From the NCBI GenBank assembly GCA_042570305.1, contig JBHPGP010000001.1:828-64827 (forward strand): a DNA stretch of 64,000 nt, written 5' to 3'. Below the pieces are notes generated by a model that did not search any database, was not told the DNA's origin, and saw nothing but the letters and a program-made list of their open reading frames with translations. The position numbers and the translations under genes are program-made. The DNA comes from Candidatus Omnitrophota bacterium (GTDB lineage Bacteria; Omnitrophota; Gorgyraeia; Gygaellales; JAHJCI01). Of this stretch, positions 42,711 through 51,172 are shown in pieces; the first letter of the stretch is position 1, and every line of letters starts with the position of its first letter.

Positions 42711-43256
42711 TTATTTCAACAACCTCTTTACTTGCCTGACTATTGTCTCAACCTCTGCAAGGCGCCCTACGCCAATATCCCCGCAGGCAAGCCTGCCTGT
42801 TTCTGCTCCTATAAATTTAAAGCCCAGTCCCTTGAGCTTGCGAATATTCTCCTGGACAATTTTATTCTTATACATGTTCTCGTTCATTGCCGGAGCAATC
42901 AAAACCGGGGCGCGCGTAGCCATAACGGTTGTACTTAATAAATCATCGGCGATCCCGCTGGCGATCTTTCCGATAATATTCGCGGTTGCCGGGGCAATCA
43001 AAAGCAGGTCTGCCTTTTTTGCCAAAGAAATATGCTCTATGTCCCAATCAGCCGGATGCTGAAATTCATCGCAGTAAACCGGCCCGCCGACCAAGGAAGA
43101 AAAAACCCGTGCAGATATCAGCCGCGCAGCATGCCCTGTCATTACCACGCTCACGGTAAAATCGCCCTCAAGCAGCCTGCTGGCAATCTCACAAGCTTTA
43201 TATATAGCTATGCTCGCCGTTACTCCCAGCAAAATGTTTTTTCTTTTTACGGCCAT
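42711..43256 (-). CDS. coaC: Phosphopantothenoylcysteine decarboxylase-type flavoprotein (CoaC half only)
   Basis: 181 aa. ILLGVTASIAIYKA, APATANIIGKIASGIADDLL and APAMNENMY match the Dfp N-terminal half. No CoaB half is adjacent. Confidence 0.75.
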   Translation of the reverse strand: MAVKRKNILLGVTASIAIYKACEIASRLLEGDFTVSVVMTGHAARLISARVFSSLVGGPVYCDEFQHPADWDIEHISLAKKADLLLIAPATANIIGKIASGIADDLLSTTVMATRAPVLIAPAMNENMYKNKIVQENIRKLKGLGFKFIGAETGRLACGDIGVGRLAEVETIVRQVKRLLK

Positions 43257-43263
43257 CTCAAGA

Positions 43264-43458
43264 CTACCGCTTTAAGCTTACCTTGCCCTCGGCAATCTCC
43301 GCCAGCGCCACGCTGGAGGGCTTAAGCGAGGAATTGCCCTCAACGAGCCTAGGTTTGCCTTCAGCAATTTCTAAGGTCCTTTTTGCCGCCAGGATTACTA
43401 ATTTATATATTGAATTGTCTGTTTTATCTAAAAGCTGTTCTATCGGGATATAGCCCAT
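43264..43458 (-). CDS. rpoZ: DNA-directed RNA polymerase subunit omega
   Basis: NSIYKLVILAAKRTLEIAEG is the typical omega core. It lies next to gmk, as in many bacteria. Confidence 0.85.
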   Translation of the reverse strand: MGYIPIEQLLDKTDNSIYKLVILAAKRTLEIAEGKPRLVEGNSSLKPSSVALAEIAEGKVSLKR

Positions 43459-44048
43459 TGTATTATCCTCACGACCTCTCCGAGCGTCTGATTTAAATTA
43501 TCGTTTACGAGGTAATAATCATACTGCCTGGCGTAGCTTAGCTCGTGAGCGGCTAGGCGCAGGCGCCCCTTGACTTCCTCTGGCCTGGTTTTTGCACAAC
43601 GGCGCACAATCCGTTGCCTGGCAATACTCAACGAGGGCGGCTTAACAAAAATGGTCACCGCCCTCTTATGGAATGCCCTTTTAACAAAAATGGCGCCCTT
43701 GATATCCAGACAGAGAATGACGTTTATCCCCTTCTTCACCGCCTCTGTCAGGAAATCTCGCGGCGTTCCGTAATCATATCCTAAATAACGCGTGTGTTCA
43801 AGGATTTTTTTTGCCCTTAGCAGGCGGCGAAATTCTTCTTTAGAGACAAAAAGGTAATCCCTGCCCTGCCTTTCCCCCTGCCTTTTGGGACGGGTGGTAA
43901 AAGAAACCGGCTTAATAAATTTGCCTTTAAATTGCGGGTGTTGGAGTATTTTTTGGGCGAGCGTAGTTTTGCCTGAGCCGGAAGGACCGGAGATAACAAA
44001 TACAAAGCCTTGGGCTGATTGTTTAGCCCGACCCGTTGCTGAGCTCAT
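43440..44048 (-). CDS. gmk: Guanylate kinase
   Basis: VISGPSGSGKTTL P-loop and TTRPKRQGERQGRDYLFVS. Confidence 0.92.
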   Translation of the reverse strand: MSSATGRAKQSAQGFVFVISGPSGSGKTTLAQKILQHPQFKGKFIKPVSFTTRPKRQGERQGRDYLFVSKEEFRRLLRAKKILEHTRYLGYDYGTPRDFLTEAVKKGINVILCLDIKGAIFVKRAFHKRAVTIFVKPPSLSIARQRIVRRCAKTRPEEVKGRLRLAAHELSYARQYDYYLVNDNLNQTLGEVVRIIQWAISR

Positions 44049-44054
44049 CGGGAT

Positions 44055-44879
44055 TCATTCCACATTCTGAACCTGCTCGCGCATCTTTTCAATTGCGTCT
44101 TTCATGCCGATTACCTTACCAGAGACAATCGCGTCTATGGACTTTGCCCCCACCGTATTGGCTTCGCGCTGCATTTCCTGCAGAATAAAATCCAGCTCCT
44201 TACCCACTGCCTTGTTGTTCCTAAGGCACCGGGATAAGTTTTTTAAATGAAAACTCAGGCGGACAATCTCCTCATTGATATCCGAGCTTTTTAGAAACGC
44301 GTTTTTTTCCTCCTCTGTTTCGTATAAGCCGAGCCTCTGCTTGATGGCTGTCCGGGACCTCAGCCTGATTGCTGCCAGGAGCCTTTCCAGTTTATCCACC
44401 TTGAGCCGCAGGTCTTTATAAAGGGCCCTGCCCTCCTGCTGGCGTTTGCGCACCAGCGTATCAAGCGCTTCTTTTAACAGGGGCCGCAGCCTTCCCCAGC
44501 TAAAAGACAGGTGCGGGTGAGTCTGCACAGACCATACCCCTGGAAGCGCTGCCAGGGCATTGATATCAATATCCTGTTTAAGTTGGAATTTGCGCGATAT
44601 CTGCTTCAGAGAAACATAATATTCCTGAATCAGCTGTTTATTCAAGAAGGGCTTTTTAAGATGGGAGGTGTTGATCTCGATCCTGCAAAGTATATGCCCC
44701 CGTTTGATGCGCCTTGAGATTTCGTCCCTGATCTTTTGCTCTAAATAAAAAAATCCGTCAGGAAAATGCAGCACGATATCTAAAAACCGGTGATTTACGC
44801 TGCGTATTTCCAGGCTTACCCTGCCCCAGGGTGAGACCATCCTCCTTGCCCTTGCAAACCCGGTCATGCTTTTTATCAT
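44055..44879 (-). CDS. yicC: YicC-family stress-induced protein
   Basis: MIKSMTGFARA...SVNHRFLD...REANTVGAKS, typical of YicC. Confidence 0.88.
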   Translation of the reverse strand: MIKSMTGFARARRMVSPWGRVSLEIRSVNHRFLDIVLHFPDGFFYLEQKIRDEISRRIKRGHILCRIEINTSHLKKPFLNKQLIQEYYVSLKQISRKFQLKQDIDINALAALPGVWSVQTHPHLSFSWGRLRPLLKEALDTLVRKRQQEGRALYKDLRLKVDKLERLLAAIRLRSRTAIKQRLGLYETEEEKNAFLKSSDINEEIVRLSFHLKNLSRCLRNNKAVGKELDFILQEMQREANTVGAKSIDAIVSGKVIGMKDAIEKMREQVQNVE

Positions 44880-44931
44880 AGAAATCGGCTCCTTATCTCC
44901 TAAGCGTCATCCCTGCCTTCAGGCTTAAACC

Positions 44932-45441
44932 TCATGATGACGCCCAAACCGTAACTTTTTGTTTTTCCTTGACCGCTTCTTTTACCGGATATAAATCCAC
45001 AATGATGTCTTTAGGGTCAAACCACAATTTAATCTCCCGCTCGGCGTCGGTTTTGTTGGCGGAAACATGTATAACATTTTCGTACAGCCCGGAGGTAGTG
45101 ATCCTGCCATATGCCCCCCGGATGGAAGTTGCCTCTGCCTCTTCGGGATTAGTTGCCCCAGCTAACTGGCGGCATTTGATAATAGCATCCTTACCCCAAT
45201 AACACAGGGCCATGACCTTACGGCGGTCATGCAATGTGCCCTGAATATATTTAATCAAATCCGGAAAGAATGGCTTATCCTTAAGATGCGCATAATGCAT
45301 TTCTGCTAATTCTCTGGAGGCCCGCACTACCTTTGCGGCTACAATCTCTAATTTAGTTTCAGACAGGCGGGTCAATATATTGCCAGTCAAAGATTTTTTT
45401 AACCCGTCGGGCTTAATTAAAATTAGGGTTGCTTCGCTCAT
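44932..45441 (-). CDS. ndk: Nucleoside-diphosphate kinase (with a C-terminal extension)
   Basis: EATLILIKPDG...KPFFPDLIKYI...NVIHVS. The ATG at 45441 avoids overlap with parB. Confidence 0.8.
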   Translation of the reverse strand: MSEATLILIKPDGLKKSLTGNILTRLSETKLEIVAAKVVRASRELAEMHYAHLKDKPFFPDLIKYIQGTLHDRRKVMALCYWGKDAIIKCRQLAGATNPEEAEATSIRGAYGRITTSGLYENVIHVSANKTDAEREIKLWFDPKDIIVDLYPVKEAVKEKQKVTVWASS

Positions 45442-45448
45442 TATATTC

Positions 45449-46297
45449 CTATGCTCCACTTAATTGGCTTACAATTCTTTCCAAATCTTCCTGCGAAAAG
45501 AATTCGATTAACACATAGCCGCGCTTTTTTTTCTTGTGTATTCTTACCTTGGTAGCCAAAATCCGCTGTAGTTCCTCTTCCCACACGCTTAAGCGGATAT
45601 CTCGCTGGGCAGCGCTGGAAGAGTGCTTCTGTGTTTTGGGCCTAAGCCTCTTGATTAAATTCTCTAACTCATTGACAGACAAGCGCTTAGCAATAATCAT
45701 TTCTGCCAAGCGACGCTGCTGCTTAACATCGTCAACCTCCAACAGCGCACGGCCATGCGCAAAAGAAAGACGATTATTTTTAATCTCCTGCTGAATTTCC
45801 TGTGGCAGCCTTAAAAGCCGCAATACATTAGTCACGGAAACCCGGGCCTTGCCCAGCACTTCGCTTATCTTCTCTTGTGTAAGGTTGAATTTTTCCATCA
45901 GGTATTTGTATGCGCGCGCCTCCTCAATGGAATTCAGCTCCTGCCTCTGAATATTCTCGATTAAAGATAGCTCTAGGGAATCGCGGTCATCAACATCTTT
46001 GATTATAACTGGCAGCTCCTGAAGATTAAGCAAGCTGGCTGCCCTAAACCGTCTCTCTCCGGCAATAATCTCGTAATGATCTCCCTTGCGTCTTACAAGT
46101 ATGGGCTGAATCACTCCCTTTTCTTTAATGGATTGCGCAAGTTCCGCCAGGTGTTCGCTGTCGAAATCCTCTCGCGGCTGAAAAGAACTGGCTCTGAGCT
46201 GGTCTATCTTGACAAAAAGGATCCTGGCTCCCTTTTCCTCATGTTCTGTTTCAGGAATTAAAGCGCTAATTCCTTTCCCTAAGGCTTTTCTTTCCAT
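45449..46297 (-). CDS. parB: Chromosome partitioning protein ParB
   Basis: QPREDFD...GVIQPILVRR...YEIIAGERRFRA and an HTH region. Confidence 0.92.
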   Translation of the reverse strand: MERKALGKGISALIPETEHEEKGARILFVKIDQLRASSFQPREDFDSEHLAELAQSIKEKGVIQPILVRRKGDHYEIIAGERRFRAASLLNLQELPVIIKDVDDRDSLELSLIENIQRQELNSIEEARAYKYLMEKFNLTQEKISEVLGKARVSVTNVLRLLRLPQEIQQEIKNNRLSFAHGRALLEVDDVKQQRRLAEMIIAKRLSVNELENLIKRLRPKTQKHSSSAAQRDIRLSVWEEELQRILATKVRIHKKKKRGYVLIEFFSQEDLERIVSQLSGA

Positions 46298-46301
46298 GGT
46301 C

Positions 46302-47141
46302 TTACTCCTTTTTAGGTTCGCTGAAATCTATATCTTGTTCGACAGGGAAATCTGCAGGGCTGATTCTCTGAGGCGGTGATAATGGTATGCCCAATATCTC
46401 CTGGGTAAGCTCATCGTATTTTTGGGCGCCTATAGAATTTTTATCATAGAGGGCTATGGGCTTGCCAAAACTGGGTGATTCCGATAAACGAATACTACGG
46501 GGGATAATTGTCTCATAAACCCTTTCTTTAACATAAGTCCTGGCTTCCTGAATAACCTCTCGAGTTAGATTAGTACGGTAATCTGCCATCGTAAGAATCA
46601 CTCCTTCGACAGCCAGCTGCTGATTGAGATTATCTCTCACAAGTCTAATAGTATTAAAGAGTTGCGTTAGTCCTTCTAAGGCATAATACTCACACTGCAC
46701 TGGAATCAGCACTGAATCTGCTGCGCACAAAGCATTTATGGTTAACAACCCTAAAGAGGGCGGCGAGTCAATGAGTATGAAGTCAAAATTATCCTTGTTT
46801 TTAGCCAGGGCTTTTTTTAACCTGTGCTCCCTGCCCATGGCACCCACTAGCTCTACCTCTGCTCCTGTAAGGTCTAAATTAGAGGGCGCTAAATATAGGT
46901 TGTTAATGGCTGTTTTTTGCCAAATTTCATTTATGTCCAATTCTTCCAGCAATACATGGTATGTGCTTTGCTTAATGTTATGCCTGTTGATGCCTGCGCC
47001 GCTAGTAGCATTGGCTTGAGGGTCTAAGTCAACCAGTAATACCCTTTGTCCTTTTAAGGCTAAATAAGCTGCGATATTGATAGCAGAAGTGGTTTTGCCT
47101 GTTCCTCCCTTCTGATTACAGATGGCAATAATCTTACTCAT
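46302..47141 (-). CDS. parA: Chromosome partitioning ATPase ParA/Soj
   Basis: MSKIIAICNQKGGTGKTT deviant Walker A. The internal ATG at 47141 is preferred to the track start at 47186. Confidence 0.92.
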   Translation of the reverse strand: MSKIIAICNQKGGTGKTTSAINIAAYLALKGQRVLLVDLDPQANATSGAGINRHNIKQSTYHVLLEELDINEIWQKTAINNLYLAPSNLDLTGAEVELVGAMGREHRLKKALAKNKDNFDFILIDSPPSLGLLTINALCAADSVLIPVQCEYYALEGLTQLFNTIRLVRDNLNQQLAVEGVILTMADYRTNLTREVIQEARTYVKERVYETIIPRSIRLSESPSFGKPIALYDKNSIGAQKYDELTQEILGIPLSPPQRISPADFPVEQDIDFSEPKKE

Positions 47142-47195
47142 TGTCAATACAGTAGTTACGCTATGTTCCATGCGGAACAATATCAAATAAGCCTG

Positions 47196-47384
47196 TTAAA
47201 CAGGCTGTTTACGGGTGACCCTGACTTTAGCTGGCCTACCCCCTGGCATGCCAAAAAGCCCTTTTTCACCTTCAAACAGTATTTCTATTTCTACCTGATT
47301 ACGCGGAAGATTCAACTGTTGTAAGGCGGTTTTTATTGCGGCCTCAACTGTTTTACCCTCAATTTCAATGCTTGGCTGATTCAT
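47196..47384 (-). CDS. Jag_N-domain-only protein (truncated Jag/KhpB-like)
   Basis: 62 aa. IEIEGKTVEAAIKTALQQLNLPRNQVEIEILFEGEKGLFG...AKVRV. Sits in the conserved position after yidC. Confidence 0.65.
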   Translation of the reverse strand: MNQPSIEIEGKTVEAAIKTALQQLNLPRNQVEIEILFEGEKGLFGMPGGRPAKVRVTRKQPV

Positions 47385-48879
47385 GGGTTACTTTCATTTT
47401 CCTTTGATAAACAAACATTAACAAGCTATTCACAAACCAATACATAACCAGGCCAGATGGCATACGATAAAATATAAAGCCAAATAAAATTGGAAATAGC
47501 AGAGACATTAATTTTTGCTGTTCCCCTGAAGAACCAGTTCCAGGCATCATAGTAAATTTTTGCTGTAAAAACATGGTTATTGCCATTAAAATTGGCAATA
47601 TATTAATTTCCGGGGAGGCAATAAAACGGTCTGGCTCTGATAAGTCCTTAATCCACAAGAAATGAGCGCCTTTGAGTTCAATGGAGCGGATTAAGGCTTG
47701 ATACAATGAGAAAAATATGGGTATTTGTAAAACCAAGGGCAAACACCCGCCCAAGGGATTGATTTTATGCCTGCGATATAATTCTAATACTTCTTTGTTT
47801 AATCTTTGTGGATTGTCTTTATAGAGGCTGCGTAATTCTTCTATTTTAGGCTGCAGGGCTTGCATGTCTCTTGCAGAACGCATTTGCTTTGCAGAAAGTG
47901 GGAATACAATAAAAAATATAAAAATGCTTAGCGCTATTATAGCCCAACCCCAATTGTGGAATAAGCGAGAAAAAAAGTATAGAATTTGCAAAAGGAGCTT
48001 GGCAATAGGGTCAAACACTCCATAGTAAATGATTGCTTCGGCTCCATTATAAAATGCGCGCAAAGGCTCTGCCTGTTGAGGCCCAAGGTAAATCCTATAT
48101 TGCAAGTGCGCAGATTGTTGTACAGGCAATTGTACCGTCGGGCGCGATAAGATTAACTGGCTTTGCGTGCGGCTGGATCGGATAATCTGCAATTTTTCAG
48201 GAAAGGACATTGGCATTATTATAGCACAAAAATATCGTTCGCGAAAGCCAAAAAAATCGCCTTCATAAGCAAATTTAGTTGCCTTGCCCGGGCTTAAGCG
48301 CACAATCTTATCCGGTTGTTTTACAAAAATTTCCTTAAATCTGCTTTCCAGGCCTTTGGAATTCAGGTCCATGGACGCTAAGACTAAATCAGTCTGAAAG
48401 GCAAGGGGCTGCTCAGAAAGGTTCTCAATTTCTATGTCTAGTGTTATACCGCTGGCAGGTTCAGAATAATCAAAGCGTTTGGTAATTTTTATTTGTGCAT
48501 CTTCATGCACAAATATTGCCTGCTCAGGACCGAGTTGTTGCTGCTCAAATACAAGGTTTTTATCAGCCAAGCAAAAGCCTGTTTCTAACAACAGCTCGTG
48601 GTCATTCATCTGGGTGAAAACAACCTTGCGCAAAGAGGCAGAAGGAAGGTTAAATACAAGCTCCTGATTATTAGTTTTGGCGCTAACTGTAACCTGGTCT
48701 TGAGCTGTTGTTTGTTGTGACACAACAGGGAGAGGCGCAGCTTGCGATAGAGGCTGATGTTGCGATATTTCTGTTGTAACATCTTGTGTATCAACAGGAT
48801 ATAACTTTTGGGTAATCCTGGACCACGTTACCATTATCAGAAAGGAAAGGGCTATGGCTAAAACAAGATTTTTGTTCAT
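47365..48879 (-). CDS. yidC: Membrane protein insertase YidC
   Basis: 504 aa. C-terminal 60-kDa IMP core (LSAKQMRSARDMQALQPKIEELR...INPLGGCLPLVLQIPIFFSLY). Confidence 0.92.
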   Translation of the reverse strand: MNKNLVLAIALSFLIMVTWSRITQKLYPVDTQDVTTEISQHQPLSQAAPLPVVSQQTTAQDQVTVSAKTNNQELVFNLPSASLRKVVFTQMNDHELLLETGFCLADKNLVFEQQQLGPEQAIFVHEDAQIKITKRFDYSEPASGITLDIEIENLSEQPLAFQTDLVLASMDLNSKGLESRFKEIFVKQPDKIVRLSPGKATKFAYEGDFFGFRERYFCAIIMPMSFPEKLQIIRSSRTQSQLILSRPTVQLPVQQSAHLQYRIYLGPQQAEPLRAFYNGAEAIIYYGVFDPIAKLLLQILYFFSRLFHNWGWAIIALSIFIFFIVFPLSAKQMRSARDMQALQPKIEELRSLYKDNPQRLNKEVLELYRRHKINPLGGCLPLVLQIPIFFSLYQALIRSIELKGAHFLWIKDLSEPDRFIASPEINILPILMAITMFLQQKFTMMPGTGSSGEQQKLMSLLFPILFGFIFYRMPSGLVMYWFVNSLLMFVYQRKMKVTHESAKH

Positions 48880-48886
48880 CGTATAT

Positions 48887-49090
48887 TTACTTTAACGGAT
48901 CGTATCCATGGGCACCAGAAAAGGGATGACACCTGAAAAGCCTTCGGACGGTCATCCACGCTCCCCGGGTTAGGCCGTATTTGAAGATTGCCTGCTTAGC
49001 ATACTCTGAACAGCTCGGGAAAAACCGGCATGCACACGGCAGGCATCTGCTGACATATTGCTGATAGAAGTTGAGCAGGCTAATAATCAC
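48887..49090 (-). CDS. yidD: Membrane protein insertion efficiency factor YidD
   Basis: CRFFPSCSEYAKQAIFKYGLTRGAWMTVRRLFRCHPF..GYDP. An in-frame GTG at 49088-49090, just after the rpmH stop, is preferred to the track ATG at 49171, which overlaps rpmH. Confidence 0.8.
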   Translation of the reverse strand: MIISLLNFYQQYVSRCLPCACRFFPSCSEYAKQAIFKYGLTRGAWMTVRRLFRCHPFSGAHGYDPLK

Positions 49091-49107
49091 AACTCGATTG
49101 AGGGATC

Positions 49108-49245
49108 TTAAATACAAAGTCGTTTTCGAGCTTTTTGGCGCCGCCGCTTTAAAACCTTCCGGCCCTGGCAAGACTTACTGCGTCGACGAAATCCGTGCTT
49201 TCGTTTACCCTTTATATTGCTCGGGGTTTTCAGATGTTTTTTCAT
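49108..49245 (-). CDS. rpmH: 50S ribosomal protein L34
   Basis: MKKHLKTPSNIKGKRKHGFRRRSKSCQGRKVLKRRRQKARKRLCI. The internal Met of the track ORF 49108-49311 is used as the start. Confidence 0.9.
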   Translation of the reverse strand: MKKHLKTPSNIKGKRKHGFRRRSKSCQGRKVLKRRRQKARKRLCI

Positions 49246-49273
49246 GGCTCTCCCTTTGTGGTAATTGTGAAAG

Positions 49274-49301
49274 ATTATAACACAAAACTTAATCTGGTCA
49301 A
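49274..49301 (-). promoter_or_regulatory. rpmH promoter (sigma70 type, extended -10)
   Basis: On the minus strand, TTGACC (49296-49301), a 16-nt spacer, then TGtTATAAT (-10 at 49274-49279). Confidence 0.6.
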
Positions 49302-49512
49302 GATAAATCAACCGCCGTTGAAAATATTGGATTGATTTTCCTTGCCCTTCTGAAGAATAATGCTATAATAAAAAAATTGTCCGGCAGTTGCTTCGGTAAC
49401 TGACCATTTTATAGACGCGATGTCTTTGCATATACAGGGTCTCGTCATCCCGATTCTGTTAATCCGAGCTGTTGCTAACAGAGAATTTTTTGAGAATAAA
49501 ATTTTGCAGGGC

Positions 49513-49540
49513 TTGCAATATTGCAAACTTCTGCTATAAT
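49513..49540 (+). promoter_or_regulatory. Candidate dnaA promoter overlapping a 14-bp palindrome
   Basis: TTGCAA (49513-49518), a 16-nt spacer, then TATAAT (49535-49540). The -35 lies inside the perfect palindrome TTGCAATATTGCAA (49513-49526). Confidence 0.55.
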
Positions 49541-49643
49541 TAAAACCCGTCAAGCAGGCTGCTGGTATGTGTATAATGACGGCTGTACGGACGGCGGATT
49601 TGAATTGTCTTATCAATAAGGTCTATCGGTGGATTTGGGTGTC

Positions 49644-49672
49644 TGTGGATAAGCTGTGAAAACTGTGGAAAA
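49644..49672 (+). promoter_or_regulatory. DnaA boxes flanking the dnaA start codon
   Basis: TGTGGATAA at 49644-49652 is the perfect complement of TTATCCACA. TGTGGAAAA at 49664-49672 has one mismatch. Weaker matches are TTATCAATA (49610-49618) and GGTGGATTT (49629-49637). Confidence 0.7.
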
Positions 49673-51026
49673 AGCCCACTTGGTTACAATCTGGCAGGAA
49701 ACCCTTCCTAAGCTGAAAGATATACTGGGCGAAACTATATTTGACACCTGGATTGCGCCCTTAGCCTTGCAGGAAAAACAATCTCAACAAGCTCAACAAT
49801 TGATCCTGGAGGCGCCAGATCCGTTCTTTAAAAATTGGGTATCCAAAAACTATCTAGGTTTAATCCGCAAGACCATCGGGATGCCCGGCTTCCCGGACGC
49901 CGGGCAGGAGGGCCTGAAAATAACCATAACCTCTAAAGATCAACTGGTTGGTCCGGAAGTCAATATCAAGGACTTTCAGAATCATATACTCGGAGAGCAA
50001 AGGGAAGGCTTTATCCTGAATCCGCGTTTTACGTTTGAGAATTTTGTGGTTGGCTCGTCTAACCGTTTTGCTCACGCCGCTTCTATGGCTGTTGCCGAAT
50101 CGCCGGCAAGAGCCTATAACCCGCTGTTTATCTACGGGGGGGTGGGTCTTGGCAAAACCCATCTTATGCAAGCTATCTGCCATTATGCGCGCAGCAAAGA
50201 CAAGACAACGCGTATATGCTATATGCCTTCGGAAAGATTCACCAACGAACTTATCAACGCCATACAGCACCATTCGACTTCGGCCTTCCGCCAGAAATAC
50301 CGGAATATGGACATTCTGCTGGTAGACGATATTCACTTTATTGCGGGTAAGGAATCTACGCAGGAAGAGTTTTTCCACACATTCAACTGCCTGTATGACG
50401 CGCACAAGCAAATTATTATTTGCTCTGACCGCCCGCCTCGCGAAATCTTGAAGCTGGAAGAGCGCCTGGTGTCGCGATTCAGCTGGGGTTTAATCACCGA
50501 TATTCAGCCCCCTGATTTTGAAACCCGCGTGGCGATACTCAAAAAAAAGATAGAGAGAGAGCCGGTCTATATTTCCGACGAAGTGATCTTTCTGATTGCG
50601 CAAATTATCAAAACCAACATCAGGGAGCTGGAGGGTGCCTTGATCAGGGTAGCGGCTTGCTCTTTGCTGGAGGAAAAACCAATAACGGTAGATTTGGCCA
50701 AAGAGGTTTTAAGGGATTGCATACAGCGTGAGTCTAAGCCAGTCAATTTTCAAAAGATACAGCAATATGTGGCGGATGAGTTTGGCATATCGTTGGTTGA
50801 ACTAAAAAATAAGCGTCGGAGTAAAAATATCGTCTTACCCAGACAGGTGGCTATGTATCTGAGCCGTCAATTAACCGAGGCCTCTTTGCCGGAAATCGCA
50901 AGGTTTTTTGGTGGCAAAGACCACACAACTGTATTATACGCATACAATAAAATAAAGTCTGATTTGGAGAAAAACACCTCTTTAAGGCAGAGGGTTGATA
51001 AAATTATTCAAGCTATTAAACAATAA
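49656..51026 (+). CDS. dnaA: Chromosomal replication initiator protein DnaA
   Basis: 456 aa. AAA+ core (NPLFIYGGVGLGKTHLMQAI, LLVDDIHF) and C-terminal DNA-binding domain (RQVAMYLSRQLT...FGGKDHTTVLYA). GTG start. Confidence 0.95.
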   Translation: MKTVEKAHLVTIWQETLPKLKDILGETIFDTWIAPLALQEKQSQQAQQLILEAPDPFFKNWVSKNYLGLIRKTIGMPGFPDAGQEGLKITITSKDQLVGPEVNIKDFQNHILGEQREGFILNPRFTFENFVVGSSNRFAHAASMAVAESPARAYNPLFIYGGVGLGKTHLMQAICHYARSKDKTTRICYMPSERFTNELINAIQHHSTSAFRQKYRNMDILLVDDIHFIAGKESTQEEFFHTFNCLYDAHKQIIICSDRPPREILKLEERLVSRFSWGLITDIQPPDFETRVAILKKKIEREPVYISDEVIFLIAQIIKTNIRELEGALIRVAACSLLEEKPITVDLAKEVLRDCIQRESKPVNFQKIQQYVADEFGISLVELKNKRRSKNIVLPRQVAMYLSRQLTEASLPEIARFFGGKDHTTVLYAYNKIKSDLEKNTSLRQRVDKIIQAIKQ

Positions 51027-51172
51027 TTACAGAGCTTATTCAGAGTTGTAATATAACATAACTATTACTCTTACAGTCTATTTTTATATTTATAAACAGA
51101 TTTTGCCTTTGATTACTACTTTTATTACTATTTTATATTATTAAAATAGTAAAGAATCCGGAGGATAGGTAG
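51027..51172. other. AT-rich dnaA-dnaN spacer, candidate DNA-unwinding part of oriC
   Basis: The 146-bp spacer is visibly AT-rich with repeated ATTACT-containing units (ctATTACTctt, gATTACTactttt, ATTACTatttt). I saw no perfect DnaA box. Confidence 0.35.

Noticed and set aside
49308-49616. 102-aa minus-strand ORF in the rpmH-dnaA spacer
   Set aside because: It covers the promoter, DnaA-box and palindrome region. It has no SD and no recognisable protein features. Treated as non-coding origin/promoter DNA.
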